A DNA stretch of 64,000 nucleotides from an uncultured Phycisphaerales bacterium (GCA_938084645.1 CALKEP010000001.1:96001-160000); one strand, 5' to 3'. Shown: positions 37,472 through 47,325, numbered from the stretch's first letter. The notes: generated from the sequence alone by a model not told the origin. Numbers and translations are program-made.

Positions 37472-38575
37472 TCAGTTCTTCGTCGAAGGGATCCGGGCGT
37501 CGGCCGGGTTCAGATCCTCGATCGTCGTCCGGAGCTTTTCCAGCGCCTTGTTCTGAATCTGCCGGACGCGTTCCTTGGTCACGCCGATGATCTGGCCGAC
37601 CTGTTCCAGCGTGAGTGTGTTGGTCACATCGTCGACACCGACCCCGAAGCGATGCCCGATCACCGTCTGCTCCACGGCGGTGAGTTCCGCCTCATTGGTG
37701 TCCATCAGGTGTCGTACTTCGGCTGCGGAATCCGCGACGTACTCGGCCCGTCGCGTCTCGAGGTGGTCCGATCGCTCGAACGCCGGGTCGAAGTCGGTGA
37801 CGAATCGCTGGCGATGCCTGGTGCTCTTCATGCCGTGACGGCTGAACGCCTTCAGGATCGCACGGCAGGCGTAGGTGCTGAACTTGAAGCCACGCTCGCA
37901 GTCGAACTTGTCGACCGAGCGCATGAGTGCCATGTTGCCCTCGCTCACCACATCCGCGAACTCCCCGTCCATGATGCGGACCCGCTTCGCCATCGCGAGC
38001 ACGAGGGCGAGATTGGTTTCCGCGATCTGCTCGCGGAACGACGCGGCGATGCCGTGCCAGTGGAGAATCGCGCGGGCCTCGGCGAGATCGGGGCGACGGG
38101 TGCCGATCTCCATCTGCACGCCCCGCATTCGAAACCGTGCGTAGTTGAACTTGAGGAAGAGGATTCGTTCCTGAGCGCCGGAGAGGACGAGCGACTTGCC
38201 CGCCTTCGGGGTGTCGACCCGCCCGCGAGCGGGGATGAGGTCCTCCATCAACGGGCGGTACCAGGTGACGTCCGGCCGCTCGACGTCGTCGAGGCCGAAG
38301 ATCTCCGTCTCGGCGTCCGCTTCGTGGAAGATCTCCGCGTCGATGTAGTCGATCTCCTTCTCGAGCACGCGAGCAAGCAGTGACTCTTCGCGGCGCGAGA
38401 GGCGCCGAAGCTCCTCGGTATTCCCACGTCCCTTGCGGCGACCGATGCGGCCCGTCTCGCCGACGGACTTCTGTCCCGCGGAGACAGGCCCCACCGAGGA
38501 ACGCGACCGGGTGCGGACGCGATCGAGTGGTGAATTCCGGGTGGTCGACGGATTCGAGTGGGTGAGTCGTGGCAT
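37472..38575 (-). CDS. Sigma-70 family RNA polymerase sigma factor, atypical (regions 2 and 4, no clear region 3)
   Basis: NLALVLAMAKR, SEGNMALMRSVDKFDCERGFKFSTYA, TLEQVGQIIGVTKERVRQIQNKALEKLR. Confidence 0.9.
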   Translation of the reverse strand: MPRLTHSNPSTTRNSPLDRVRTRSRSSVGPVSAGQKSVGETGRIGRRKGRGNTEELRRLSRREESLLARVLEKEIDYIDAEIFHEADAETEIFGLDDVERPDVTWYRPLMEDLIPARGRVDTPKAGKSLVLSGAQERILFLKFNYARFRMRGVQMEIGTRRPDLAEARAILHWHGIAASFREQIAETNLALVLAMAKRVRIMDGEFADVVSEGNMALMRSVDKFDCERGFKFSTYACRAILKAFSRHGMKSTRHRQRFVTDFDPAFERSDHLETRRAEYVADSAAEVRHLMDTNEAELTAVEQTVIGHRFGVGVDDVTNTLTLEQVGQIIGVTKERVRQIQNKALEKLRTTIEDLNPADARIPSTKN

Positions 38576-38916
38576 GGTCGTGATTGCTGGGCCGCGAACG
38601 GCCGAAGCACCCCCTGAGATGTGCCACCCCGGGCCATCCTCGGCTGGTGCAGAGCCGGGAACGCACCGGAAACAGAGCTGCCTCGGTCATCCTGAATCGA
38701 GGCGGGAAGCCCTGCGAGGTGACGGCGATGAAGCCGTCGTCCTTACGCTTCGTCGACGGGCCGGGTTCGGATTCCGACCTGATCGATCCTCGGTTTATTC
38801 GTGGACAGGGCCACCCGGTTGCATGCTCCTTCGCGGCGAAAGCACGCGATTCTGGAGCGTGACCCCCTCGGAGTGGATCTCAACGGGGATCGAGGGGGTG
38901 TTTCGAACATCGTGAG

Positions 38917-38952
38917 AAAAAGGCCGGACCGCGAGATTCGCGGTCCGGCCTT
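38917..38952 (-). terminator. Rho-independent terminator of ndk
   Basis: 15-bp stem AAGGCCGGACCGCGA/TCGCGGTCCGGCCTT, U-run on minus strand. Confidence 0.8.
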
Positions 38953-38996
38953 CGATTCGGTCGAGTCGATCCGTCCTCCGCAGGAGGCGGATCAGC

Positions 38997-39467
38997 TCAC
39001 TCGGGCGAGCCCGAGGACATGTCGTAGACCCAGCAGGCACCGGCCGGCGACCAGTCGAGGACCTCGCCGTCATTGAAGAACAGGCCCAGTTCTCGTGCTG
39101 CCGCCTCGGGGCTGTCGCTGCCGTGAATGAGGTTGAAGGAGCTCGAGACGCCGAAATCCCCCCGGATCGTGCCCGCATCGGCCTTGAACCCGAAGGTCGC
39201 GCCCATCATCGAGCGACAGACGGCGATCGCGCCGTTGCCGCGGAGGGCCAGCACGAGCACCGGGGAGGAGGTCATGAAGCCGACGAGCCCCGGATAGAAG
39301 GGCTTCTCGCGGTGGTCGGCGTAGTGGGTCGCGGCAAGCTCGTCGCTGATCTGCATGAACTTCGCGCCGACGACCTGGAGGCCCTTGTCCTCGAAGCGGC
39401 TGATGATCCGACCCATGAGGCCACGCTGGACGGCGTCGGGCTTCAGGATGATGAGGGTGGTTTCCAT
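38997..39467 (-). CDS. ndk: Nucleoside diphosphate kinase
   Basis: TLIILKPDAVQRG, GTIRGDFG, NLIHGSDS; GGAG before ATG 39467. Confidence 0.97.
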   Translation of the reverse strand: METTLIILKPDAVQRGLMGRIISRFEDKGLQVVGAKFMQISDELAATHYADHREKPFYPGLVGFMTSSPVLVLALRGNGAIAVCRSMMGATFGFKADAGTIRGDFGVSSSFNLIHGSDSPEAAARELGLFFNDGEVLDWSPAGACWVYDMSSGSPE

Positions 39468-39736
39468 GATCTCTCCACGGGATGAGGACTGGGGATCGCC
39501 GATCGTGACGGTGCTCGGCTGAATCGCGGCACGGCCGCGGGGGGTCGGGAAAGATAGCGGATCGACCATCGATCGTGGGGGGAAACTCGTCGTGAATCGC
39601 CACGGGGAGGCCGGAATGCGGTAGTTTCCGAACGGAACGGCAGGAAGCCGGCCAAACCTCCACGCGAGCCGTCCGTTCGGCGAGCGGAGCACGATCGTCC
39701 CGGGCCGTCGCCCGGTGTCGCCTCGAGAGCAACGGA

Positions 39737-41611
39737 ATGCCCACCACCGTGACCCCACCCGGATCCTCGAAGAAACCGTCCGCGAAGCGAGCCGGAGGTC
39801 GGGCCACCGCCGAGCAGATGGCCTCCCGGCAACGCGAGATCTCGGTCAGCGAGTTCTTCGCCAAGAATCGTCACCTGCTTGGTTTCGACAACCCCCGCAA
39901 GGCGCTTCTCACCACGGTGAAGGAGGCGGTCGACAACGCCCTCGATGCCTGCGAGGAGGGCGGGATCCTGCCGAGCATCACCGTCGAGCTCCTCCAGCTC
40001 GATGAGACTCGATTCAAGGTCACGATCCGGGACAACGGACCCGGAATCGTCCGCAAGCAGATCGAGAACATCTTCGGCAAGCTGCTCTACGGCTCGAAGT
40101 TCCATCGGATGAAGATGAGCCGCGGGCAGCAGGGGATCGGAATCTCCGCTGCGGGCATGTATGGATTGATGACCACGGGCCAGCCGGTCTTGATCATCTC
40201 CAAGACCGGACGTCGGCGCCCGGCGCACGAGGTGGTGCTCAAGATGGACACCGCGCGGAACCGTGCAGAGGTGATCAGCGAGACCGAGCATCCGGAGGAT
40301 GATTCGCTCTTCGCCGACGGCCACGGCACCCAGGTGACGATCGAACTCGAGGGCCGGTACCAGAAGGGGCGAGCCTCGGTCGACGAGTACCTCGAACAGA
40401 CCGCGATCGCGAACCCGCATGCTCGATTCACCTACGTGAATCCCGCGAACGAGACCATCGAGTTCCCGCGGGCGGTCGACGAGCTTCCGCCCGAGGCGAA
40501 GGAGATCAAGCCCCATCCGAAGGGGATCGAACTCGGCACGCTGATCCAGATGCTCGAGCGAACCGAGAAGACCCAGCTCGGAGCCTTCTTCAAGGACGAG
40601 TTCTGCCGGGTGGGGCCGCGGGTCGCGAAGGAGATCTGTGCCAAGTCGAATCTGACGGATCGGACCTGGGTCAAGCAGGTCGGCCATTCCGAAGCCGAAG
40701 CGCTCTACAAGGCGGTTCAGGATGTGCGGATCATGGCCCCGCCCACCGACTGTCTGGTCCCGATCGGGACCAAGGCGATGCTGGCCGGGCTTCTCAAGGA
40801 GGTCAAGGCCGAATTCTTCGCGGCGAGCAGTCGTCCCGCGGCGGTGTACCGGGGAAATCCCTTCCAGATCGAGGTGGGCATCGCGTACGGCGGCGACCTT
40901 CCCGGCGATGAACTCGGGCGGGTCATTCGCTTCGCGAACCGGGTCCCGCTGCTCTACCAGCAGTCCGCGTGCTGTTCGTTCAAGGCCGTGGTCGAGGCCG
41001 GATGGCGCAACTACGGACTCCAGCAGGCCCGAGGCAGTCTCCCCTCCGGACCGGTGGTGGTGATGATCCACATGGCGAGCACGTGGGTGCCGTTCACCAG
41101 CGAGTCGAAGGAGGCGATCGCCGATTACGACGAGATCCGGAAGGAGATGCGTCTCGCATTGCAGGAGTGCGGCCGCAAGCTGGGCACCTATCTCCGTCGA
41201 CGCCAGAAGATGCGGCGCGAGTCTGAACGCCGCAACGTGTTCGCCAGGTACATCGGCGAGATCTCGATGGCGTGCGAACGGATCACCGGGTCGGACGCCG
41301 GCGAGATCCGTGACGCACTGGAGAGCATCGCGGAAAGGAAGACGGCGGAAGCGGATCAGCAGCTCGATGACGAGGGGCGGGTCGTCGACGACGGAGGCCG
41401 TCTCGCGGCCGACGACTCGGTCATCATTCTCGAGCCGGCCGGCGCATCCGGAGGCGACGATGAGGCCGCCGGCGGTGGTGATTCGCTCTTCGCGGATCTG
41501 GCACCGCCCAAGAAGTCACGCGGCAAGATCGTCAAGAAGAACACTCGGAAGACCACGAAGAAGAAGCGTTCCGGCACGACGTCGACGAGGCGCCGCAAGT
41601 CGGACGGTTGA
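39737..41611 (+). CDS. top6B: DNA topoisomerase VI subunit B
   Basis: EISVSEFF, KEAVDNALDACE, DNGPGI, GKLLYGSKF, SRGQQGIGISAA, RFANRVPLL, VPFTSESKE. Confidence 0.96.
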   Translation: MPTTVTPPGSSKKPSAKRAGGRATAEQMASRQREISVSEFFAKNRHLLGFDNPRKALLTTVKEAVDNALDACEEGGILPSITVELLQLDETRFKVTIRDNGPGIVRKQIENIFGKLLYGSKFHRMKMSRGQQGIGISAAGMYGLMTTGQPVLIISKTGRRRPAHEVVLKMDTARNRAEVISETEHPEDDSLFADGHGTQVTIELEGRYQKGRASVDEYLEQTAIANPHARFTYVNPANETIEFPRAVDELPPEAKEIKPHPKGIELGTLIQMLERTEKTQLGAFFKDEFCRVGPRVAKEICAKSNLTDRTWVKQVGHSEAEALYKAVQDVRIMAPPTDCLVPIGTKAMLAGLLKEVKAEFFAASSRPAAVYRGNPFQIEVGIAYGGDLPGDELGRVIRFANRVPLLYQQSACCSFKAVVEAGWRNYGLQQARGSLPSGPVVVMIHMASTWVPFTSESKEAIADYDEIRKEMRLALQECGRKLGTYLRRRQKMRRESERRNVFARYIGEISMACERITGSDAGEIRDALESIAERKTAEADQQLDDEGRVVDDGGRLAADDSVIILEPAGASGGDDEAAGGGDSLFADLAPPKKSRGKIVKKNTRKTTKKKRSGTTSTRRRKSDG

Positions 41612-41634
41612 GCCAGCAAAGGAATTCGCGACTC

Positions 41635-42897
41635 ATGGCAACCACGCCAGCAGGTGATTCGAAGAAGCCGGCTTCCCGCAAGAAGGTCAAGAAGACCTCT
41701 GCGAAGTCCACCGGGAAGTCCGCCACGAAGGCGGGTGGCTCGTCGCTGGGCACGAAGAAGAAGCGACGCAAGGCCTCCGGGGTCGTGGATCCGGACGCCA
41801 AGGCGAAGATCGACGCCCGGACCGTCGATCGCATCGAGGCGCTGGGCGCGTCCGTGGTGAAGCAGAGCCTGAAACTCGCGGATCCCTTCGTGGACGTCCC
41901 CACCCGGTCGATCTCCAATGTCCGATTCAACAAGTCGAAGCGCCTCCTCGAGATGGGCGACGCGAAGCAGCGTCGAATGCTCTTCAATCTCGGGCAGGCC
42001 AAGAAGTTCATGCAGACGATGCTGGTCGCGGATGGATGTCGTGACCTGGTCCAGGCGGGAAAGACCCTCAGCCTTCGTGGCATGTACTACAAGTCGCTGC
42101 ACACCATCGCAGGCACCAAGGAGAAGACGTTCGACGGCCAGGAGGAGTCGGACGTGGTGCTCGAGGATCTCGAGGTGTCGATCGACTCCCTTCGCGAGAA
42201 CCTCCACGTCTTCGCGAAGAAGCGGGGGACGATGGTCGGCAACATCACGGTCTTCGACAACGGCGACGAGATCAACTGCCGCCGAATGGGCACGGGGGGT
42301 TACGCGATCCCCTCGATCTGCGAACCGAGCGTCATCCAGTTCGGCAAGTGCGAGGCTGATTTCGTGCTGCACGTCGAGAAGGACACGGTCTGGAGTCGAT
42401 TCAACGAGGACCGATTCTGGGAGACCCACAACTGCATCCTCACCGAGGGTTCGGGGCAGCCGCCCCGCGGCGTCCGGCGGCTCCTGCATCGCTTGAACAC
42501 GGAGCTGGGACTGCCCATCTACTGCCTGCTCGACTGTGATCCATGGGGACACTACATCTACAGCGTCATCAAGCAGGGATCGATCAACCTCGCGTACGAG
42601 AGCGGGCGAATGGCGGTGCCGGAGGCGAAGTATCTCGGAATTCGATCCGACGACTACGCACGGTGCGGGCTCTCCGACGACGTGAAGATCGAATTGAACA
42701 ATCGGGACCTCGAACGTGCGAAGCAGATCGCCGCCTATCCCTGGTTCGCCGATCGGCGGATCTGGCAGAAGGAGATCAAGCGAATGCTCTCGAACGGCTT
42801 CAAGATGGAGGTCGAGTCCCTGATCACCAAGGACATCTCGTACGTCACCGAGACCTACGTCCCCGAGCGACTCAAGGCGAAGGACTGGATCGACTGA
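41635..42897 (+). CDS. top6A: DNA topoisomerase VI subunit A (Spo11 family)
   Basis: SLRGMYY catalytic Tyr, QEESD, TOPRIM VEKD and DCDPWG, GSGQP; alternative TTG start 41608. Confidence 0.95.
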   Translation: MATTPAGDSKKPASRKKVKKTSAKSTGKSATKAGGSSLGTKKKRRKASGVVDPDAKAKIDARTVDRIEALGASVVKQSLKLADPFVDVPTRSISNVRFNKSKRLLEMGDAKQRRMLFNLGQAKKFMQTMLVADGCRDLVQAGKTLSLRGMYYKSLHTIAGTKEKTFDGQEESDVVLEDLEVSIDSLRENLHVFAKKRGTMVGNITVFDNGDEINCRRMGTGGYAIPSICEPSVIQFGKCEADFVLHVEKDTVWSRFNEDRFWETHNCILTEGSGQPPRGVRRLLHRLNTELGLPIYCLLDCDPWGHYIYSVIKQGSINLAYESGRMAVPEAKYLGIRSDDYARCGLSDDVKIELNNRDLERAKQIAAYPWFADRRIWQKEIKRMLSNGFKMEVESLITKDISYVTETYVPERLKAKDWID

Positions 42898-43756
42898 TCT
42901 CTTCGGTTCGATCCCCGGTCGAACCGTCCGGGATGTTCCGGGGCAGGGAGATCGTGAAGTCGCTTCCCCGGCCGGCGAGCACGTCGAGGCTGATTCGGCC
43001 GCCGTGCTCCTCCGCGATTCGGCGGGCGGTGGGGAGGCCGAGTCCCGAGCCGCCATGCGTGCCGCTGACGTAGGGATGGAAGATCGTGTCCCGCATCTCC
43101 TCGGGCACGCCCGGCCCGCTGTCGATGACGTGCACGGAGACGTCCGCGTCCGTCGCGGTGATCCTGACCAGCAGCTCCCGAGGGCGTTCCGGGGGGTTCC
43201 CCTCCATCGCATGAACGGCGTTGATCAGGATGTTGAGCAACGCCTGCTTGAACATCGCCGCGTCCATCTCGGCCTCGATCGGATGACCGGGAAGGTCGGG
43301 TCGAAGGACGACTTCGGCGGCGTCGGCCTGCGGATGGAAGAAGTCAAGGACGTCCTCGACGACACGGACCAGGTCCGTCGGTTCCCGATCGAGCTGGAAC
43401 CGGCCAGCGAAACGAAGGAAGTCGGCGAGGATCGTGCGGAGCCGATCGGCTTCGCGGACGAGGGCGTCCACTCGTCGGAGCATCGGGGTCGTCTCGTCTT
43501 CGGGCGCATCGAGATCCCGGATCGCCTCCTCCACGAGCTGCGCGTTGAGAATCACCGTCGATAGGGGATTCTTGATCTCGTGTGCGAGGCCGCCCGTGAG
43601 CGAGCCGAGTTCGGCGAGCCGCTCCGCGTCGGCGGCGCGTCGTTCGGCTTCCCGTGCCCGTTGCTCGCGGATCGAGATCGCGCGCCGGGCCGCCGCCGCG
43701 ACGATCGCTGCGCCAAGCACGAGGCCGGTGATCACACCCCAGATGAACGGGCTCAT
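42872..43756 (-). CDS. Sensor histidine kinase (single TM, HisKA + HATPase)
   Basis: LAHEIKNPL H-box, NILINAVHAM N-box, DSGPG, GSGLGL. Confidence 0.92.
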   Translation of the reverse strand: MSPFIWGVITGLVLGAAIVAAAARRAISIREQRAREAERRAADAERLAELGSLTGGLAHEIKNPLSTVILNAQLVEEAIRDLDAPEDETTPMLRRVDALVREADRLRTILADFLRFAGRFQLDREPTDLVRVVEDVLDFFHPQADAAEVVLRPDLPGHPIEAEMDAAMFKQALLNILINAVHAMEGNPPERPRELLVRITATDADVSVHVIDSGPGVPEEMRDTIFHPYVSGTHGGSGLGLPTARRIAEEHGGRISLDVLAGRGSDFTISLPRNIPDGSTGDRTEEISRSSPSP

Positions 43757-43784
43757 CGCATCTGCGCTCCAGAAGGCTCGTGAT

Positions 43785-43823
43785 GAAGAACGACCCGCGG
43801 GCCGGAGATCGGCCGGCGGGTCG
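43785..43823 (-). terminator. Probable terminator downstream of the cold-shock gene
   Basis: CGACCCGC.GGCCG / CGGCC.GCGGGTCG hairpin followed by TTCTTC on minus strand. Confidence 0.5.
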
Positions 43824-43867
43824 ATTCGATCATCTGCGCCATTCGCGAGATCCGTCGCCTCACTCGA

Positions 43868-44167
43868 TCAGTCGGTCGACGGTTCGGTCGTGACCGCGGC
43901 GTCGGGCTTGGCTTCGGTCATGGACCCCTGGGCGGCACGCGTCTCCACGGCACGGGCCTTGGTCGCCGACCAGCCCTTGGCCCCGTCGTTTGCGTCGTAG
44001 ATCACCCGTTCGCCGTCACGGAACGTTCGGAAGCCCTCTTCCTGTTCGATGACGGTGAAGTGCACGAAGATGTCCTGACCCTCCGGGCCGACGATGAAGC
44101 CGTAGCCCTTTCGGGGATCGAACCATTTGATTTCGCCTTCGATTTCAATCAGGTTCGTATCAGACAT
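43868..44167 (-). CDS. Cold-shock domain protein
   Basis: GEIKWFDPRKGYGFI (RNP1), DIFVHF (RNP2). Confidence 0.93.
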   Translation of the reverse strand: MSDTNLIEIEGEIKWFDPRKGYGFIVGPEGQDIFVHFTVIEQEEGFRTFRDGERVIYDANDGAKGWSATKARAVETRAAQGSMTEAKPDAAVTTEPSTD

Positions 44168-44489
44168 GTCTGGAATTCTCTCATCAGAGGGTGGTTCATG
44201 GGGTCGACTTTGCCGAACCCGTTGCGGTTCCCGCGGAGCGACGTGGTCGTCTCCGCATCCACCGGGAAGTGGCGTCTTCGGGCCGCTCCATCGGTGATGG
44301 ATACTCAACAAGCCCACAACAACTGACGTCTCTCTCCGGTTCCCAGATTCTCCGGATAAGGCCCACTTTTCGCAACCCTTGTTTCGCGAGATTCCGGGAA
44401 CTCCCTCGGATACGTGCAAAACTTCGATTCCGACGCGATTGCCCACAAGCGATTCAGAAGCCGGGCGGCCAGTACCGTCCTAGCGCAAG

Positions 44490-44523
44490 AAAAGGCCCCG
44501 AACCACATGTTGGTTCGGGGCCT
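44490..44523 (-). terminator. Rho-independent terminator of pnp
   Basis: 13-bp stem AGGCCCCGAACCA/TGGTTCGGGGCCT with U-run on minus strand. Confidence 0.8.
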
Positions 44524-44550
44524 CGACGTTCAAAATCAGGGTTCTGGGGA

Positions 44551-46770
44551 TCAGGCCGGGGCTTCCGAACGGCCACCGCCTCGGCGTCCGCCGCTGCGTC
44601 GACCACCGTCACCATCGCTGTCTCCCTCGCCGTCGGCCGGCGGATCCATCAGTGCCCGTCGGGAGAGCTTGATACGGCCCGTGTCGTCGACGTTGATGAC
44701 CTTGACCTTCACGGAGTCGCCGATTGACACGATGTCACTCACGGACTTCACGAAGCCGTGGGCGAGCTCGGAGATGTGGCACATGCCATCGGTGCCGGGT
44801 GCGAGTTCGATGAAGGCACCGAAATCCTTGACCGACACGACCTTGCCGTCGTACACGGTTCCGACGCGGATCTCCGCGCCGAGGGCTTCCACTTCAGCCT
44901 TGCACTGCAGCCCCATTTCGCCATCGGTCGAGCCGATGAGCACGGTGCCGTCCTCTTCCACGTCGATCGAGCAGCCGGTCCGCTCCTGAATGCCGCGGAT
45001 CGTCTTGCCACCGGGGCCGATGAGCTTGCCGATCTTGTCGGGGTCGATCTTGACGGTGATGATCCGGGGGGCGTACATGGAGATGTCCTCGCGGGGGGCC
45101 GCAAGCACCGACTCCATCTGCTCGATGATCTGGAGTCGACCTTCCTTCGCCTGGGCGAAGATCACGCCGATCTCGTCGATGTCGAGGCCGAGGGCCTTGA
45201 GGTCGAGCTGGATGCCGGTGATGCCCTCGCGGGTGCCGGAGACCTTGAAGTCCATCTCGCCGAAGAAGTCTTCTTCGCCGAGGATGTCCGTGACGTGGCT
45301 CACCTTGCCGTCGGCGGAGGTGAACCGTCCGACGGAGATGCCCGCACAGGTGTTCCGGATCGGAACGCCTGCATCCATGAGGGCGAGGCAGCCGCCGCAC
45401 ACCGACGCCATGCTCGAGGAGCCGTTGGATTCGGTGATGTCGCTGACCAGCCGGATGGTGTACGGGAAGTCGTCGGTGCTGGGGATGATCCCGAGCAGCG
45501 ATCGCTCCGCGAGGGCGCCGTGGCCGACTTCACGACGACCGGGGCCCATGATGCGGCCGGCTTCGCCGACGCAGAACGGGGGGAAGTTGTAGTGGAGGTA
45601 GAACTTCTTCGCGTACTCGGGAAGCAGTCCGTCCACGATCTGCTCGGCCTTGTTGGTGCCGAGGGCGCAGGTCACGAGTGACTGGGTCTCGCCACGCTGG
45701 AAGAAGGCCGAGCCATGGGTCCGGCTGAAGATCCCGGGTTCCATCTCGATCGGGCGGATCTCCTTGAGACCCCGGCCGTCGGCCCGGATGCCGTGCTCGG
45801 CGACGAGCATGTGGGTGATCTTCTTCTCGAGGGTCCGGAAGGCGTCCTTCGCCTGGGAACGATTGTCCTCGGCGGCCTTGTACTCGGCGTAGGGCGCGTC
45901 CTGCGGAAGCGGGAAGCACTCGTGGAGGGCCTCTTCGCGGAGGGCGCCGACCGCGGCGTTTCGCTCCTTCTTGCTCGCGATCTTCCGGGCTTCGACCAGT
46001 CGGTCGTAGACCTGGTCCTTCACGGCCTTCATGACTTCCTCGGAGGGAAGGTGGAGCTTGCCGGCGTTCGCCTCGGGGGCGCCGCACTTCTCGCGGAGCT
46101 CGAGGACGAGTTCGACGATGGGCTTGATGCCCTCTTCGTGGCCGAAGCGGATCGCTTCGAGCACCACGTCATCCTCGACCTCGGCGGCACCGACCTCGAT
46201 CATGTTGATGCCGTTCGGATGGCCGGAGAGAACGAGGTCCAGATCCGAGTATTCCATCTGTGCGACGGTCGGGTTGAGGACGAAGACCTCGCCGTCGTCG
46301 GTCAGGATCCGGCCGACGCGGACGGTGGCGACCGGGCCCATGAACGGGGCGTCGGTGAGGCAGACCGCGGCGGAGCCGGCGGTGCAGGCGAGCACGTCGG
46401 TGTCGTTCTGGCCGTCGTGGCTCATGACCCACGCCTGGATCTGGATCTCGTCGATGAATCCGTCCGGGAAGAGGGGGCGGATGGGACGGTCCATCATCCG
46501 CATGGTGAGGACTTCCTTCTCGTTCGGAGCGCCTTCACGCTTGCGGAAACCGCCGGGGAACTTGCCCGCGGCGGTCAGCTTCTCGCGGTAGTCGCACTGA
46601 AGGGGGAAGAAGTCGATTCCCGGTCGGGGGTTCGCCCGGACGCAGGTGGCCATGACGGTGGAATCGGCGTAGCTCGCCATGACGGCGCCGGACGCGAGCC
46701 TGGCGACGCGACCGGTCTCGAGTCGCAGGATGCGACCGCCGATCTCTCGTTCAACGAAAGTGACTGGCAT
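44551..46770 (-). CDS. pnp: Polyribonucleotide nucleotidyltransferase
   Basis: DFFPL, DRPIRPLFP, HGSAFFQRGETQ, HYNFPPF, SNGSSSMASVC, GEMDFKVSG, KH and S1 domains. Confidence 0.98.
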   Translation of the reverse strand: MPVTFVEREIGGRILRLETGRVARLASGAVMASYADSTVMATCVRANPRPGIDFFPLQCDYREKLTAAGKFPGGFRKREGAPNEKEVLTMRMMDRPIRPLFPDGFIDEIQIQAWVMSHDGQNDTDVLACTAGSAAVCLTDAPFMGPVATVRVGRILTDDGEVFVLNPTVAQMEYSDLDLVLSGHPNGINMIEVGAAEVEDDVVLEAIRFGHEEGIKPIVELVLELREKCGAPEANAGKLHLPSEEVMKAVKDQVYDRLVEARKIASKKERNAAVGALREEALHECFPLPQDAPYAEYKAAEDNRSQAKDAFRTLEKKITHMLVAEHGIRADGRGLKEIRPIEMEPGIFSRTHGSAFFQRGETQSLVTCALGTNKAEQIVDGLLPEYAKKFYLHYNFPPFCVGEAGRIMGPGRREVGHGALAERSLLGIIPSTDDFPYTIRLVSDITESNGSSSMASVCGGCLALMDAGVPIRNTCAGISVGRFTSADGKVSHVTDILGEEDFFGEMDFKVSGTREGITGIQLDLKALGLDIDEIGVIFAQAKEGRLQIIEQMESVLAAPREDISMYAPRIITVKIDPDKIGKLIGPGGKTIRGIQERTGCSIDVEEDGTVLIGSTDGEMGLQCKAEVEALGAEIRVGTVYDGKVVSVKDFGAFIELAPGTDGMCHISELAHGFVKSVSDIVSIGDSVKVKVINVDDTGRIKLSRRALMDPPADGEGDSDGDGGRRSGGRRGGGRSEAPA

Positions 46771-46968
46771 GGTTGCCTCTCTTTTTCACATGCTGATCGC
46801 GGGCATCGGGCCCGGGATCGCGGGGTGAGCGCGGCAACGTAGAGTCGGTGCCACGCGCGGGATCGCGAAACCGCGTCCTGGGGCAGAGGGCGGAGCGCAG
46901 CCGTGAAATGAACCCACACTGCGCACCGTCGACTGCCGCTGAAAGCGGCCGTCGCGGTAGATTTCGAC

Positions 46969-47238
46969 CTACTTGCGGAGGCCGAGCTTCTTGATGGTCT
47001 CGAGGTAGGAGTCGCGGTTCTTTCGCTGGAGATAGCGAAGGAGGCTGTTACGACGGCTCACCATCGCCAGAAGTCCACGTCGTGACGAGTGATCGTGCTT
47101 GTGGTCGGCGAAGTGATCCTGGAGGGTCTTGATCCGGTCGGTGAGGACCGCGATCTGGACCTCGGGCGATCCCGTGTCGGAATCGTGTCGGCCGTGATCC
47201 TTGCGGACCTCGGCCTTGCGGGCGAGTGAAATGCTCAT
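46969..47238 (-). CDS. rpsO: 30S ribosomal protein S15
   Basis: DTGSPEVQIAVLT, HKHDHSSRRGLL, LGLRK; conserved rpsO-pnp synteny. Confidence 0.98.
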   Translation of the reverse strand: MSISLARKAEVRKDHGRHDSDTGSPEVQIAVLTDRIKTLQDHFADHKHDHSSRRGLLAMVSRRNSLLRYLQRKNRDSYLETIKKLGLRK

Positions 47239-47325
47239 GAGCTTCTTCGATCCTGTCGTTGCGTTGGGAGGCCGTCTCGGCCACCGTCAGTGTGATGAGT
47301 TCTCTGCTGATTTCTCGAATCGAAG

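Noticed and set aside
39737..42897. Topo VI genes as a Wadjet/plasmid Topo VIII or mobile-island module
   Set aside because: Canonical two-subunit Topo VI motifs; no SMC, integrase or boundary repeats nearby
46771..46968. Structured rpsO-pnp spacer as a novel ncRNA
   Set aside because: Adequately explained by the terminator/processing leader commonly found between rpsO and pnp
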